Source: a virus
Virus record (IMG/VR): IMGVR_UViG_3300046616_000188
Direction: 5' to 3' (one strand)
DNA length: 64,000 nt
Part shown: piece by piece, positions 30,745 through 41,013 of the stretch
Layout of the letters: each line of letters begins with the position of its first letter
Numbering within the stretch: the stretch's first letter is position 1
Position numbers and translations under genes: made by a program
The notes under the pieces: model-generated
Seen by the model: only the letters and a program-made list of their open reading frames with translations
Database searches by the model: none
What the model was told of the DNA's origin: nothing

Positions 30745-31047
30745 ATGCAGGAAGTCACTTACCGCACCGCGCTCCGCAAGCTGATCCTCGCTGGCGGCAG
30801 CATCATGAGCGCAACCTTCGTCAAGCAAGATGGTGAAGTTCGTGAAATGAGGTTCCGTCGCAACGTTGCGACACAGGTCAAGAACAATCCAGACAACGCT
30901 AAGAACGATAGCCGCCAGCGCGTCAGACGTGGTTCGCTCATCACCGTGGTTGAAATGGATGGCGATCAAGATCGTAAATGGAAAACGATCAATCTTCGCA
31001 CCCTCAAAGAACTGCGTATTAGTAAAGAAAGTTATGTCATTAAATGA
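30745..31047 (+). CDS. SH3-like beta-barrel phage protein
   Basis: ATFVKQDGEVREM...WKTINLRTL pattern. Confidence 0.5.
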   Translation: MQEVTYRTALRKLILAGGSIMSATFVKQDGEVREMRFRRNVATQVKNNPDNAKNDSRQRVRRGSLITVVEMDGDQDRKWKTINLRTLKELRISKESYVIK

Positions 31048-31599
31048 ATCAAGAATTCGTTGATAATATTGTGGATCAAGTAAAAAATTTCTATTGCGAG
31101 GTCCAGTGGAACAGAGTGGTGGAACACTTTGGCGAAGAGGCTGCTAATGATCTTGATCTGCTGGATAGATTCGACTTTGCCGAAGTTTTTGAAAGAGGTG
31201 ACCTTAAGGAGTGCGAAATATTCTATAACATAGCCTTCATCCAGAAGGTTTTGATCAACGCGCTTTTCGATATTGGAAACAGTGAAGAGGCGCAGACAAC
31301 GTTCACTTATCTGGAATACTGGATATATAAATTATTTGATAGACACTCAGGCGTGGAAAAGGGTTTATGGCTTCAATGATTAAAAAGACCGCAGTTGTTT
31401 GCGCAGACTTCGTGGAATTTGACGATGTGACAAAGTTCCGTCACAAAGTTGGAGTAGAGGAATACGTTCACGTAGGTTCTCTATCTGACCTAGAAAGCAT
31501 TGACATTCTTACAAATGTCATCTATCTTAAATCAGCAAAAGACTTGGAGGAGTTTACGCTGATCAAGACAGCAGTAAGTGAAAAAGGAGTGACGGAGCG

Positions 31600-32184
31600 A
31601 TGGCAGTAAAACGAGCTAAAATCATCGAATCAAAAGATTTGAAAGTCATCTTCAAGCTGATAGATGCTACTAAGGACCACTCCAAGAACTATCGAGATAA
31701 AGTCGCTGTCCTCCTAAGTGTCAAAGCCGGATTGCGCGCCGCCGAAATAGCGGGTATTCGATGGATCGACGTGACAAAGGCGGATGGTACGATTGCTGAC
31801 GTGATGCATATCGGTAGCCATATCACCAAGGGCAAGAAACGAGACAGACAAGTACCGATTCACCCTGAATTGAAGCGCTATCTAGAACTACTCAAGAAAC
31901 AGCGGCCCGATGATGAATTTATTCGATTCGGTGACTACAAGGAAACCATGACGGCTAACGCCATGACGGTCTGGTTCTCACGGCTTTATCAAGCCGCAGG
32001 CCTAGGAGGCTGTTCCTCACATAGTGGCCGTAGGACCTTCATCACAGAGGCGGCACGCCGCGCCAATCTATTTAATGCCTCGCTGCGCGACGTGCAGGAC
32101 TTGGCAGGACATGCCAACCTCACCACGACAGAGAGATATATCGATCCGAGTGATGGTGTCAAAAACCTCGTATCCTCATTGTAA
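31600..32184 (+). CDS. tyrosine recombinase, catalytic domain only
   Basis: GLRAAEI (R), TKGKK (K), HSGRRT (HxxR), LAGH...TTERY (H, Y). Confidence 0.88.
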   Translation: MAVKRAKIIESKDLKVIFKLIDATKDHSKNYRDKVAVLLSVKAGLRAAEIAGIRWIDVTKADGTIADVMHIGSHITKGKKRDRQVPIHPELKRYLELLKKQRPDDEFIRFGDYKETMTANAMTVWFSRLYQAAGLGGCSSHSGRRTFITEAARRANLFNASLRDVQDLAGHANLTTTERYIDPSDGVKNLVSSL

Positions 32185-32190
32185 CACGTG

Positions 32191-32224
32191 AAAAGGCCTT
32201 CTTAGTTAGCAGACTAAGAAGGCC
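32191..32224. terminator. 12-bp perfect hairpin after the recombinase gene
   Basis: GGCCTTCTTAGT-N6-ACTAAGAAGGCC with an A run on its left. Confidence 0.5.
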
Positions 32225-32764
32225 CTCGACGTTGAGGATCGAAAGGGCGGCAAAACCCTCCATCAACAAAGAAAGTATAACATGGGCGGGACGTATGTCA
32301 AGCCCTCGAATAGGGCTGTGGATCAACGCAACAAGGCGTGGCTCGACCTGAAAGAGGCAACCTACCCTTACCGTTGGACCATGAAGCACAAAAAGCCTCG
32401 TCCAGAAGAAGCGGCACATTTGGGTATTAATTTTATCGCAGTACCATTCCCCGGCAAGAATCAAACGGTTTGGGGATTTAATACCTTTGAAGATATGGAA
32501 ATTTTTAAAAAGGAATTTTGTTAATGACAACAGTGAGAGTCAGTAAAGAAGAAATTTTAGATGTGCTGTCCTGCGCCGAAGATTACGGTTACAAGAAACC
32601 TATTATTCTTCAAACCTTAACGGCTTGGTACGGCCCGATTACTGAGGCAGAGATTGATGCATTCGCGGCTGGTTACACCGAAGAAGATGGTTACGCCGAG
32701 GAAGACATCGATTACGCCAAAGAGAATATTACTGAAATTTTCTCAAGATGGGGCAAAATTGTAG

Positions 32765-33202
32765 ATGCGTGACATTATTGTAGACCTAGACGGCACGGTT
32801 GCGGATTGTAGTCACCGTCAACATTATGTCCAATCCAAGCCTTCTAATTGGAAAGCTTTCGAAGCTGGAATCCCTCACGACCCGCCGCATCAGCACGTCA
32901 TCGACCTAGTCAATACGCTCTATGGCGCTGGTTGGAACATCATTCTATGTTCTGGTCGCGGGGAGCAATCTAGGGATCACACAGAAGAATGGCTTCTGCG
33001 CCGTAGCGTTTACTATCATCGTCTCTATATGAGGGCGCGTAACGATAGCCGCCGCGATGATATCGTTAAGATGGAACTGCTGGATCAAATCATTGCGGAT
33101 GGATTCAATCCTAGTTTCGCGCTCGATGATCGGAATCAAGTGGTTTCGGCATGGCGAGCCAGAGGCATTCCCTGCTTTCAAGTCGCACCGGGAGATTTCT
33201 GA
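32765..33202 (+). CDS. HAD-family phosphatase, T4 PseT 3'-phosphatase-like
   Basis: DLDGT, SGR, LYMR..ND.R.DDIVK, DDR.QVV..WR..GIPCFQV. Confidence 0.85.
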   Translation: MRDIIVDLDGTVADCSHRQHYVQSKPSNWKAFEAGIPHDPPHQHVIDLVNTLYGAGWNIILCSGRGEQSRDHTEEWLLRRSVYYHRLYMRARNDSRRDDIVKMELLDQIIADGFNPSFALDDRNQVVSAWRARGIPCFQVAPGDF

Positions 33203-33552
33203 TGTGGGTCGTGCAACGTCGCTATGAATTAGTTAATCATAGACCTTATTGGCAAGAAATAGATGGTAAATTCTTTTATTCCATTCTTAAAAAGATGACT
33301 TCTTTTTCTACCGGATCGTGGGCCGATACTCAACAAGTAGCTAACTGGTTAGAAAAAGAATATGACGCGCCGCACCGAGTAATATACAAGGATTTGGGAT
33401 AATGACTGAAGAAGATGTTAAAGTCCTCGAATCCGCGATGTGGTGGCTTGAAGGCGCGCTGCAATGTAAGACATGGGCGTGGGATGAGGATCAACGTGAA
33501 GCTGCGTCTTGGTCACTGATAGAAGCTACTAGAATTTTAGAGAATTATAAAT

Positions 33553-33906
33553 ATGAAAATGTACATCGCTATACTTGATGAATTTCCTGACTACATGGCT
33601 TGCACCCTTGTCGCTCATAGTGTGTTAGGCGCTCACCTCGAATTTCAAGACGACCCAGCATATAAGGCTTGGCTGAGCATGTCATTTAGGAAATGCGTGG
33701 TGCGTGTTAATCAAAAGGAATTTGATAAAATCGCAGCGCTTGAAAATGTATATCTTGGACATGAGAATAGAACTTTGGAAGGCCGAAAGGCATGCGCCGT
33801 GGTACTGCCTCGGGACGATGAAGATAATCCAAAGGTTCTGACATTTGCAAAATTATGGAAACCCAAATATGATCAACCCGCCACCGATAGAGACAACGGA
33901 AATTGA
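33553..33906 (+). CDS. peptidyl-tRNA hydrolase 2 (PTH2)-like protein
   Basis: KMYIAI...VAHS...Y.AW...SFRKCVV...VVLPR...LKLW-like ending. Confidence 0.6.
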   Translation: MKMYIAILDEFPDYMACTLVAHSVLGAHLEFQDDPAYKAWLSMSFRKCVVRVNQKEFDKIAALENVYLGHENRTLEGRKACAVVLPRDDEDNPKVLTFAKLWKPKYDQPATDRDNGN

Positions 33907-34230
33907 AGACCTTGTCGCTGCCATGAGATCGTGGCAGGAGAATTATTATTACACCTTAATTTATGAATATAATAAACTAGCAAAAGAGCTAGGCAAAGAA
34001 GAAAAAAGATATATGCCTGCTGATGAATTCTTAGAGCAAGTTTATGAACAGCAGGATTGGCTGAAAGAATCTAGAACTGCTATCCATTGCGGAGATTGTA
34101 CCGCTGTCGCCACGTCATGTAGCAGATGCGCCACAGAATATTATTACAAATTACCTTCTACCGTGACTTGGAACGGAATTCATGAAGGCTCAAAGCTTTT
34201 ATACGAATTTTTAGATAGAAATAAGAAAGA

Positions 34231-34776
34231 TTGAATTTAATGGGTAAGCGTAGTGATTTCACTAGGCTTCCACGTGATTATTACAGAACCATCGATCCTA
34301 GGGCTGTTCAAGCCCTCAAGCCATTTGTGACGCAAGGCTCAGCATTCGTTGAACCTTGCGCCGGGGATGGGATTCTGACTGATCAGTTAGTGGAAGTTTT
34401 AAAACTTAAATGCATTGCTGAGTACGATATCGAGCCAGATAATGATCGTGTAATTAAAAAAGATGCCTTGACAATTGAAGAAAGTGATGTTATTGGTGCA
34501 GACATAATCTGCACAAATCCTCCTTGGGATCGTAAGTTACTTCATCCAATGATCGAAAGGTTTGTATCACTTCGACCCACATTTCTCCTCTTTGACGCAA
34601 ATTGGGTGTGGACAAAACAATCTTCCCGCTTTATCAATCTCTACTGTACCGATATAATCGCAATCGGCAGACTTAAATGGATCGAAAACACGACCATGTC
34701 TGGAAAAGATGATAACGCGTGGTTTCGTTTCGATCTAAACAAACAGGGAGACACAAAGTTCCATGAACGTAGATGA
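34231..34776 (+). CDS. amino-methyltransferase (N6-adenine DNA methyltransferase-like)
   Basis: Motif I FVEPCAGDG, motif IV TNPPW. Confidence 0.75.
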   Translation: MNLMGKRSDFTRLPRDYYRTIDPRAVQALKPFVTQGSAFVEPCAGDGILTDQLVEVLKLKCIAEYDIEPDNDRVIKKDALTIEESDVIGADIICTNPPWDRKLLHPMIERFVSLRPTFLLFDANWVWTKQSSRFINLYCTDIIAIGRLKWIENTTMSGKDDNAWFRFDLNKQGDTKFHERR

Positions 34777-35408
34777 AAAATTAATCTGGCTCATCAAACC
34801 TAGAGTGTTTGAGCCAGACGTGGAAATCAGCACACCGATGGGGCCGTATACCACTTCAGAATCAATAGCTCGTGACGTGGAAGAATTCTTCGCCGCGACA
34901 GAGAAAGAGTATACCGGTGTCATAGGTGGTCAATATAGTTACACATTCACACCTACTTCCATGGGGATGATGCTAGAAATTCTAGATGGTATCTCGGGAA
35001 GAAAAATTAACGTAACTGACTTTAATTCATGGTAATGGAAAGGAAATACCCGAAATGAAGCCTGACATTTATTACGAAAATAAGAAATCCCACATCACCA
35101 CTCTGTCTGTCATGACTAATCTTCAAATTCCCCGCGCCGCTAAGCATGGTGGCGATTCTCTCGGGAACCTTCGTCACCGCGTCCTCGATTTTATCGCACT
35201 CACACCAGATGTTTCAGATGATTTTACTGATAAGGTTTGGGTCGGATGCTGGAAGGAAACTTATTCTCGAATTTCTGACGCTATCCGTGACATCAAGGAA
35301 ATTGGTGATTACCGCCTTGATGCAAAGCGCCGTGAACTTAGCGCGGTTGCTAATTCACTCCTCGCGGCTCGTCGCGCAGTTTATTGGATCAAGTAAAAGT
35401 TAAATTTT

Positions 35409-35792
35409 ATGAAACCATTTATTCATGCAAGATCAAGTGCCGCTAAGTATGGCGGCACGCCGGAAGACTATATCAAAATTCACGAGTATTTTGATAGCAC
35501 AAAATCGAGCCATGCCGATGTTCGCCACAGAGCTATTCTGCATACCGCATTCGGCATCTATCTCGTGGCTGACGTATTTGGTCAGCACATCATCAACAGC
35601 GACGGCAAGACAGTATCTGTAAGGGATATTGGGGAGCAACACGTTATTGAAGATTTGGGCCACATCCCTTCAATGTCTGACTATTTGAAACATATGTCGA
35701 TTGAGGATTGGATGGCTGGGCCACATTACAAGCTTAAACGCAAAGTAGTTAATTTTACCGAAACGAAACCTGAGAGAGATTACATTGACTGA
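35409..35792 (+). CDS. DUF6915-like His-rich protein
   Basis: P.IHARSSAAKYGG..EDY..IH..FD.TK...HRAILH...EQHVIEDLG. Confidence 0.65.
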   Translation: MKPFIHARSSAAKYGGTPEDYIKIHEYFDSTKSSHADVRHRAILHTAFGIYLVADVFGQHIINSDGKTVSVRDIGEQHVIEDLGHIPSMSDYLKHMSIEDWMAGPHYKLKRKVVNFTETKPERDYID

Positions 35793-36324
35793 TATTACAG
35801 AACTTTTAGAAAAGATTGAAACGAAGAAGGTAGAATATCAAGAATTTATTAAGCAGCAGCAGGTAGAAATGCTCGCCGCAGCTGAAGGCCTTTTCACCGC
35901 AGTCTTCGATAATTTCGATTTTGTCGAAGCGATTGTTTGGACCCAATACACTCCCGGCTTCAATGATGGCGATCCTTGTGAATTCGGCGTTCATGATTTC
36001 TACGTCATGGGTAAGGGTTATTTGGAAAGTGATGAGGTAGGTGAATACGCAGAAGAAAACGAGCACCGCATCGAGATTGAAGAGCCTAATTATGCCTTGA
36101 AGCGCAAGGCAAATGGTGAGAGCCTTGACGAATGGGACGTGGCACGTCTCGCGGCTTGGGATGAATTGTTAGAGACTTACGGCGAAGATACGATTAAGTC
36201 ACTTAATAAAGCACTTGCCGCGCTTCAGGGCCTGCCAGATGAAATTTACGAAAGCTTTGGCGAAGGTCTAGTCGTTGCGTCTCGCGAAGGTATTGATCTT
36301 TACGAATACGATTGCGGATATTGA
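35785..36324 (+). CDS. acidic hypothetical protein coupled to the DUF6915-like gene
   Basis: WTQYTPGFNDGDPCEF motif; overlapping start and stop. Confidence 0.6.
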   Translation: MTDITELLEKIETKKVEYQEFIKQQQVEMLAAAEGLFTAVFDNFDFVEAIVWTQYTPGFNDGDPCEFGVHDFYVMGKGYLESDEVGEYAEENEHRIEIEEPNYALKRKANGESLDEWDVARLAAWDELLETYGEDTIKSLNKALAALQGLPDEIYESFGEGLVVASREGIDLYEYDCGY

Positions 36325-36341
36325 TTTAGAAAGTTAATTTA

Positions 36342-37517
36342 ATGCGTTACGAATTCCCACGAATCGTTCACATCTCTCAGGCACTTGAAGCAATTAAAGG
36401 TGACGAAGACCTCTTTTACGTCGTTGAAAAAGAAGGTTATATCGTAATCAATTACAAACTACCCTGCAACAAGACTTTCCCGCCTGTCACAGATCGTAAC
36501 ATCGCGATTCGTCGGGAACTTCGTGGCATTAAGTTTGATTCTATCACTGGCGAAACGATTGCAAGAGTTTTTCACAAATTTTTTAATTATGGTGAACGTG
36601 AAGAAACTTTAGCAAATAATATTGACTTATCAATTGGTTATGATAGGTTAGAGAAATTGGATGGGTCTATGGTCCATCCTCTTTTTCTGCCACAAGGCGT
36701 TCGCTGGGCCACGAAAATGGGCGTGACAGACACTTCGATGCAGACAGAAGTGTGGCTCGCCGGTAATCCAAACGACGGCTTAAATAACTTCCTCGGTGAA
36801 TGTTCTTATTTAAAATTGACACCTATTTTCGAATGGTGTAGCCGTTTAAATAGGATCGTAGTGGATCACCCCGTTGATCGTCTCGTCTTAACTGCGGTAC
36901 GTGAAAATTACAGCGGAGCTTACACTCCATACAGCGAATTGAAGTGGTACAGAGATTGTTTTGACATTGATCTTGTTGAGCGTTGCAACGATCCTATCAA
37001 AGACATAGTTTCGTATTCGGAATCTATTTACGAATTGAAATCAGATGTAGTGACTGAAGGTGAAGTTCTTCGTTTCAGTGATGGGCACATGCTCAAGGTG
37101 AAATCGGAAGACTATATCAATCTCCATAGAACTAAGGATAAGATTCAGAAAGAAAGACACTTCGTCGCAATTCTGCTGAATCAGCAGTTGGACGATCTGA
37201 AGCCTTTCATGCTCGCCGAAGATTTGGCCAAGGCCGAGGCGTATGAAGTCATCCTGAATCAGAACGTCAACGCTCTGGCCCATGAAATTTTCCATGAAGT
37301 GAACGCCGTTTTGAAGGCTGCACTCTCCCGCAAAGATTTCGCAATTGGTAACAAAAGCGATCCCCTTGTCAAGCAAATCATTTTCCACCTATGGGACCGA
37401 GATTTTCCTCTCGATACGATCCATGATGAGCTAATGAGAAGACTTAAGGAAGCTTGTGAATCTGAACAAAAGTTCGAACGTCTCCGTCCCACTCTATTGA
37501 AAGGAACAGTCTGGTGA
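36342..37517 (+). CDS. RNA ligase 1 (T4 Rnl1 family)
   Basis: RELRGIKF, HKFFNYGE, EKLDGSMV, TPIFEW, EGEV, LKVKSEDY. Confidence 0.9.
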   Translation: MRYEFPRIVHISQALEAIKGDEDLFYVVEKEGYIVINYKLPCNKTFPPVTDRNIAIRRELRGIKFDSITGETIARVFHKFFNYGEREETLANNIDLSIGYDRLEKLDGSMVHPLFLPQGVRWATKMGVTDTSMQTEVWLAGNPNDGLNNFLGECSYLKLTPIFEWCSRLNRIVVDHPVDRLVLTAVRENYSGAYTPYSELKWYRDCFDIDLVERCNDPIKDIVSYSESIYELKSDVVTEGEVLRFSDGHMLKVKSEDYINLHRTKDKIQKERHFVAILLNQQLDDLKPFMLAEDLAKAEAYEVILNQNVNALAHEIFHEVNAVLKAALSRKDFAIGNKSDPLVKQIIFHLWDRDFPLDTIHDELMRRLKEACESEQKFERLRPTLLKGTVW

Positions 37518-37735
37518 AGAAACTTTTAATCATTGGCCTTATCGCTCTAGGGCTTACGTCCTGTCTAGATAAGGGTGATTTCGTTTATGTCAGGAGTGAT
37601 GAAGGAACGAAATTTGGCTATATCATCGGAATAAATAGTACAGGGTTAATTTTTGTTAGGCTCTGTGACGGAACAATTGTTAGCGCCTCTAGTGGTTACA
37701 TGGCAGAAGCTAATGACGGGGAAGTTTGCCCATGA
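37514..37735 (+). CDS. small lipoprotein (paralog 1)
   Basis: Signal MKKLLIIGLIALG with lipobox LTSC. Confidence 0.7.
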   Translation: MKKLLIIGLIALGLTSCLDKGDFVYVRSDEGTKFGYIIGINSTGLIFVRLCDGTIVSASSGYMAEANDGEVCP

Positions 37736-37968
37736 AAAAGTTTTTAATCATTGGCTTAATCGCTTTAGGTCTTGCGTCTTGCTCGGCGTTCCAAGTAGGG
37801 ATCAACGTCTATGTCGGAGCTAAAGGTGGGCCTGCCCTGCTAGGAACAATTGTGGCTCGAAATAACGGGGCAAGTTTTGTTGTTGTGAAGCTTTGCGACG
37901 GGCAGCTTTTCAGTGTTCAGACAGATAGTTTAATTATTACACAAGATACGTGCCCCTACAATGAGTGA
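37732..37968 (+). CDS. small lipoprotein (paralog 2)
   Basis: Signal MKKFLIIGLIALG with lipobox LASC; shares LCDG and terminal CP with paralog 1. Confidence 0.7.
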   Translation: MKKFLIIGLIALGLASCSAFQVGINVYVGAKGGPALLGTIVARNNGASFVVVKLCDGQLFSVQTDSLIITQDTCPYNE

Positions 37969-38587
37969 TTGCCAAAATTGTGATACTTGCCCGTTCATTG
38001 AGCCTCAAAAAGAGCTTATCTATGAAATACATGTCACGGTGGATCACAAGGAATCATTTGTAGAGGATTGTTATTCCATCGGCGTAAAGCCTGTGGTAAT
38101 TGAATTAGGAACGGGCATTCCTTCCCACTCAATGACTTCGTCTACGGTTAAAGGGGGCAATGATACGACTGTGTTTGTCACGGCACGCTCCATCTCTAAA
38201 GCTCTTGAGGACATAGGATATACAGTTAAACGCGTCAAGATCGAAACAGTTCCGTGGCACCCAAAAGCTTCTTGCCCCGAACCGGGGCAGTATTTTGAAA
38301 CGCACTTCGCTGTTAAAAATTTAAATTATACCTCGTCTAAAAATCTAAGACACTTGAGTTATCATCTCGGATTGCATTATTCCAGCAATTTGCTGAAGAA
38401 GAGTGACGACTCGGCTCAGATGTTAACGCTTAGGAAGAAAAACGTAGATTACGAGACGTACCGAGACATAGCTGTTTCGATGGAGCAGGCCCTGCTAACG
38501 TATAATTTTAAATTAGATAAAGTGATTACAGAATTTGCTCTGTATGACACGAATGAAAAAATGGATGACCAATGGTTAAATTCCTAA
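37961..38587 (+). CDS. hypothetical phage protein
   Basis: 208 aa; YEIHVTV, RVKIETVPWHP, YFETHF. Confidence 0.6.
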   Translation: MSDCQNCDTCPFIEPQKELIYEIHVTVDHKESFVEDCYSIGVKPVVIELGTGIPSHSMTSSTVKGGNDTTVFVTARSISKALEDIGYTVKRVKIETVPWHPKASCPEPGQYFETHFAVKNLNYTSSKNLRHLSYHLGLHYSSNLLKKSDDSAQMLTLRKKNVDYETYRDIAVSMEQALLTYNFKLDKVITEFALYDTNEKMDDQWLNS

Positions 38588-39021
38588 GATATCTACAATA
38601 CGCAATTTACTTTCCTTTCAATCTTCTGTTTGTACTACTTTCGTACATCCTGTCGCCTATTCTCGCTGCGCTATCTTTCGTTTTTGGCGCTAAGCTTCCT
38701 GTACCGCTCCAGTGGTTCGGCACAATTGATGATGACTTGGATGGTGGATTTCATCAACACATTGAGGGCTACGATTCCGGTGCTAAGGGATTCTCTTTAT
38801 GGTGGCAGAGAACGTGTTGGGTCTGCCGTAACCCGGCCCACGGCTGGCAGTCCATCGTATTAGGATTCAAAGGCGAAAATAAAGGCTTCACGTTCAAACG
38901 TGACATTGTTTTGACAGATAGTTATTATCTAAAGCTTTGGCTCGGTTGGAGTAACCGCTCCTATGACGGAACATATTTCCATTACCTCTTCCAATCCGGC
39001 ATTAAGAAAAGAAAAATTTAA
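38572..39021 (+). CDS. membrane-associated hypothetical protein
   Basis: N-terminal TMs; LQWFGTIDDDLDG, RNPAHG. Confidence 0.55.
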   Translation: MVKFLRYLQYAIYFPFNLLFVLLSYILSPILAALSFVFGAKLPVPLQWFGTIDDDLDGGFHQHIEGYDSGAKGFSLWWQRTCWVCRNPAHGWQSIVLGFKGENKGFTFKRDIVLTDSYYLKLWLGWSNRSYDGTYFHYLFQSGIKKRKI

Positions 39022-39696
39022 ATGACTGAAACAGTACCCAAGTACCTCTACAATCCTAAACTAAGTCTTACTCAGCAGTTCGATTATCTTCGTAACACGA
39101 TTAGGCCGGAACGATATGAGGATAAAGCCATAGCATCGGCCATGGAGAAGCTTTATGACGCAATTGCTCCTGTGGCACAACAGTACAGGGAAACGCTCGC
39201 CAGCGATGATCCTCTGGCCCTCTATCTCAATTATTTCCTTCGACCCGCCATCGATATCATGGATGACGACGTTGATGATGAAGTGGAAGAGCCTGTACTA
39301 TTTGCCACCATTCCTCTCGGCACTGAAGCGATTCAAACCAAGGTCGGCAAGATTACTGCTCTATCAACTGTTCGTATTACTCATGCTTCACCTCTTGGTG
39401 ATGTTGGGATCACTTCTAATCTATCAGCATCTCGTGGCTATGAAACTCGCGTCTTTTGGGACAGCCTGAAAGATTATCGCGTAACGGCAAAGAAGGAAGT
39501 TAAGAATGACGAATGAAACGCGCGCCGCCTATTCTAAGTTCCGTCTCGATTATGACGCTTATCTAAATTCTGATATCAGCTTCGATGAAAAGGAAGATGA
39601 GTATATCCCAGCCGATCATAAATTTAATCTCATCGCAACGTCTGGCAGTGGCGGAATCGTACCGGATAGTGAAGATCGAAGGTATATGGTTTTTCT

Positions 39697-40215
39697 ATGA
39701 ATAATAAAAAATTTCTATTTGTACTGGTCGGCCTGCCCTGCACCGGCAAGTCCACATTCAGGGAAAGACTTAAGCAGGATTTAGAATTTCTGACCATTTC
39801 GTCTGACGATTATGTCGAGAGTTATGCAAAAAATCTTGGTAAGACATACTCTGAAGTTTTTAAAGATGCGGTGGGGGAAGCGTCACGCCGTGTCGAAGAA
39901 GACGCTAGAATGGCTGTGATCAAGGAACTGAATGTTGTTTGGGATCAAACTAACTTAACCGCTGCGAAGCGGAAGAAAATTCTTGACAAATTCGAAAACT
40001 ATGTTAAGATATGCGTGAATTTTGAAATTGAATTTTATTCTGAATGGATGAAGCGACTCTATAAAAGGGCGGGCGAAGAAGGGAAGTATATCCCCTTCCA
40101 TGTCATCGAGAGCATGGATCGCAGTTTTGAATATCCTCAGTATTCAGAAGGTTTTGATTCCATTATAGGTGCTGGCGATTACAACATAAAGGAGCTAATT
40201 TTACACTATGCCTAA
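39697..40215 (+). CDS. P-loop kinase, polynucleotide 5'-kinase-like (AAA_33)
   Basis: GLPCTGKST, ISSDD, WDQTNL...R, VIESM. Confidence 0.82.
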   Translation: MNNKKFLFVLVGLPCTGKSTFRERLKQDLEFLTISSDDYVESYAKNLGKTYSEVFKDAVGEASRRVEEDARMAVIKELNVVWDQTNLTAAKRKKILDKFENYVKICVNFEIEFYSEWMKRLYKRAGEEGKYIPFHVIESMDRSFEYPQYSEGFDSIIGAGDYNIKELILHYA

Positions 40216-40732
40216 TGTCTATTTCACCAGCGACACCCATTTTGGTCACGCCAATATCATTAGGCTCGGTGAAGGTCGCCCCTTCAAAGATATTAAGGAT
40301 CATGACACGACGCTGATCCAGCGTTGGAACGCTCGTGTCAAGCCTGATGATGTTGTGTTCCACCTCGGAGACTTCAATTATAAATCCTCCGTCGATGCTG
40401 ATTTCTATTTGAAGCAGCTGAACGGAAAGAAATTTCTCATCATTGGGAATCACGACAAGCAAGACACCATCACTGCTGATGGCTGGGAAGTTGCTCTCCC
40501 GTATCAAGAGCTTGAACTAAATGGCAAGCAAATCACTCTTTGCCATTACCCTATCGAGGAATGGAACGGTTATTTCAGAGGCTCTTGGATGCTGCATGGC
40601 CATGTCCACGGCATCACGAAGACTGTTCCGATCCGTAAGAACCGAGTCGATGTTGGCGTTGATAATTTCAATTTTACGCCAGCAACATTTGAAGAAATCC
40701 AAGAATTTAATAGGAATAGTCTGGATGCCTAA
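40208..40732 (+). CDS. calcineurin-like metallophosphoesterase
   Basis: SDTHFGH, HLGDF, GNHD, LCHYP, LHGHVH, VDVGVD. Confidence 0.9.
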   Translation: MPNVYFTSDTHFGHANIIRLGEGRPFKDIKDHDTTLIQRWNARVKPDDVVFHLGDFNYKSSVDADFYLKQLNGKKFLIIGNHDKQDTITADGWEVALPYQELELNGKQITLCHYPIEEWNGYFRGSWMLHGHVHGITKTVPIRKNRVDVGVDNFNFTPATFEEIQEFNRNSLDA

Positions 40733-41013
40733 ATATGTTAAAAGTTCCCCTGACGAAATCGTTGATGCGTTCCAAGTCAGGAAGGATGGCCCCACTCCCG
40801 TACCAGATTGGTTTCCAAGTGATTATGAAATCGTTAAAGTAGGTGTTGTGTTCGAAAGTTCTCTTGGAAACTACGAAGTTGCTAGGTGGGAAGACTACGT
40901 AATTAAATATGATAGCAGCGGATATTTGGGGATAATGCCTGAGAAACTTTTTAACTACGCGTATAAACTTGCATAAATAAATAAATAATAACAAAATAGA
41001 ATAGGATAATAAT

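Noticed and set aside
31600-32184. Integrase marking a prophage boundary
   Set aside because: No host genes, att duplication, repressor or excisionase on either side; the phage-style gene organisation continues.
34231-34776. Restriction-modification systems around either methyltransferase (34231 and 58553)
   Set aside because: No adjacent restriction endonuclease motifs; they are best read as orphan protective methyltransferases.
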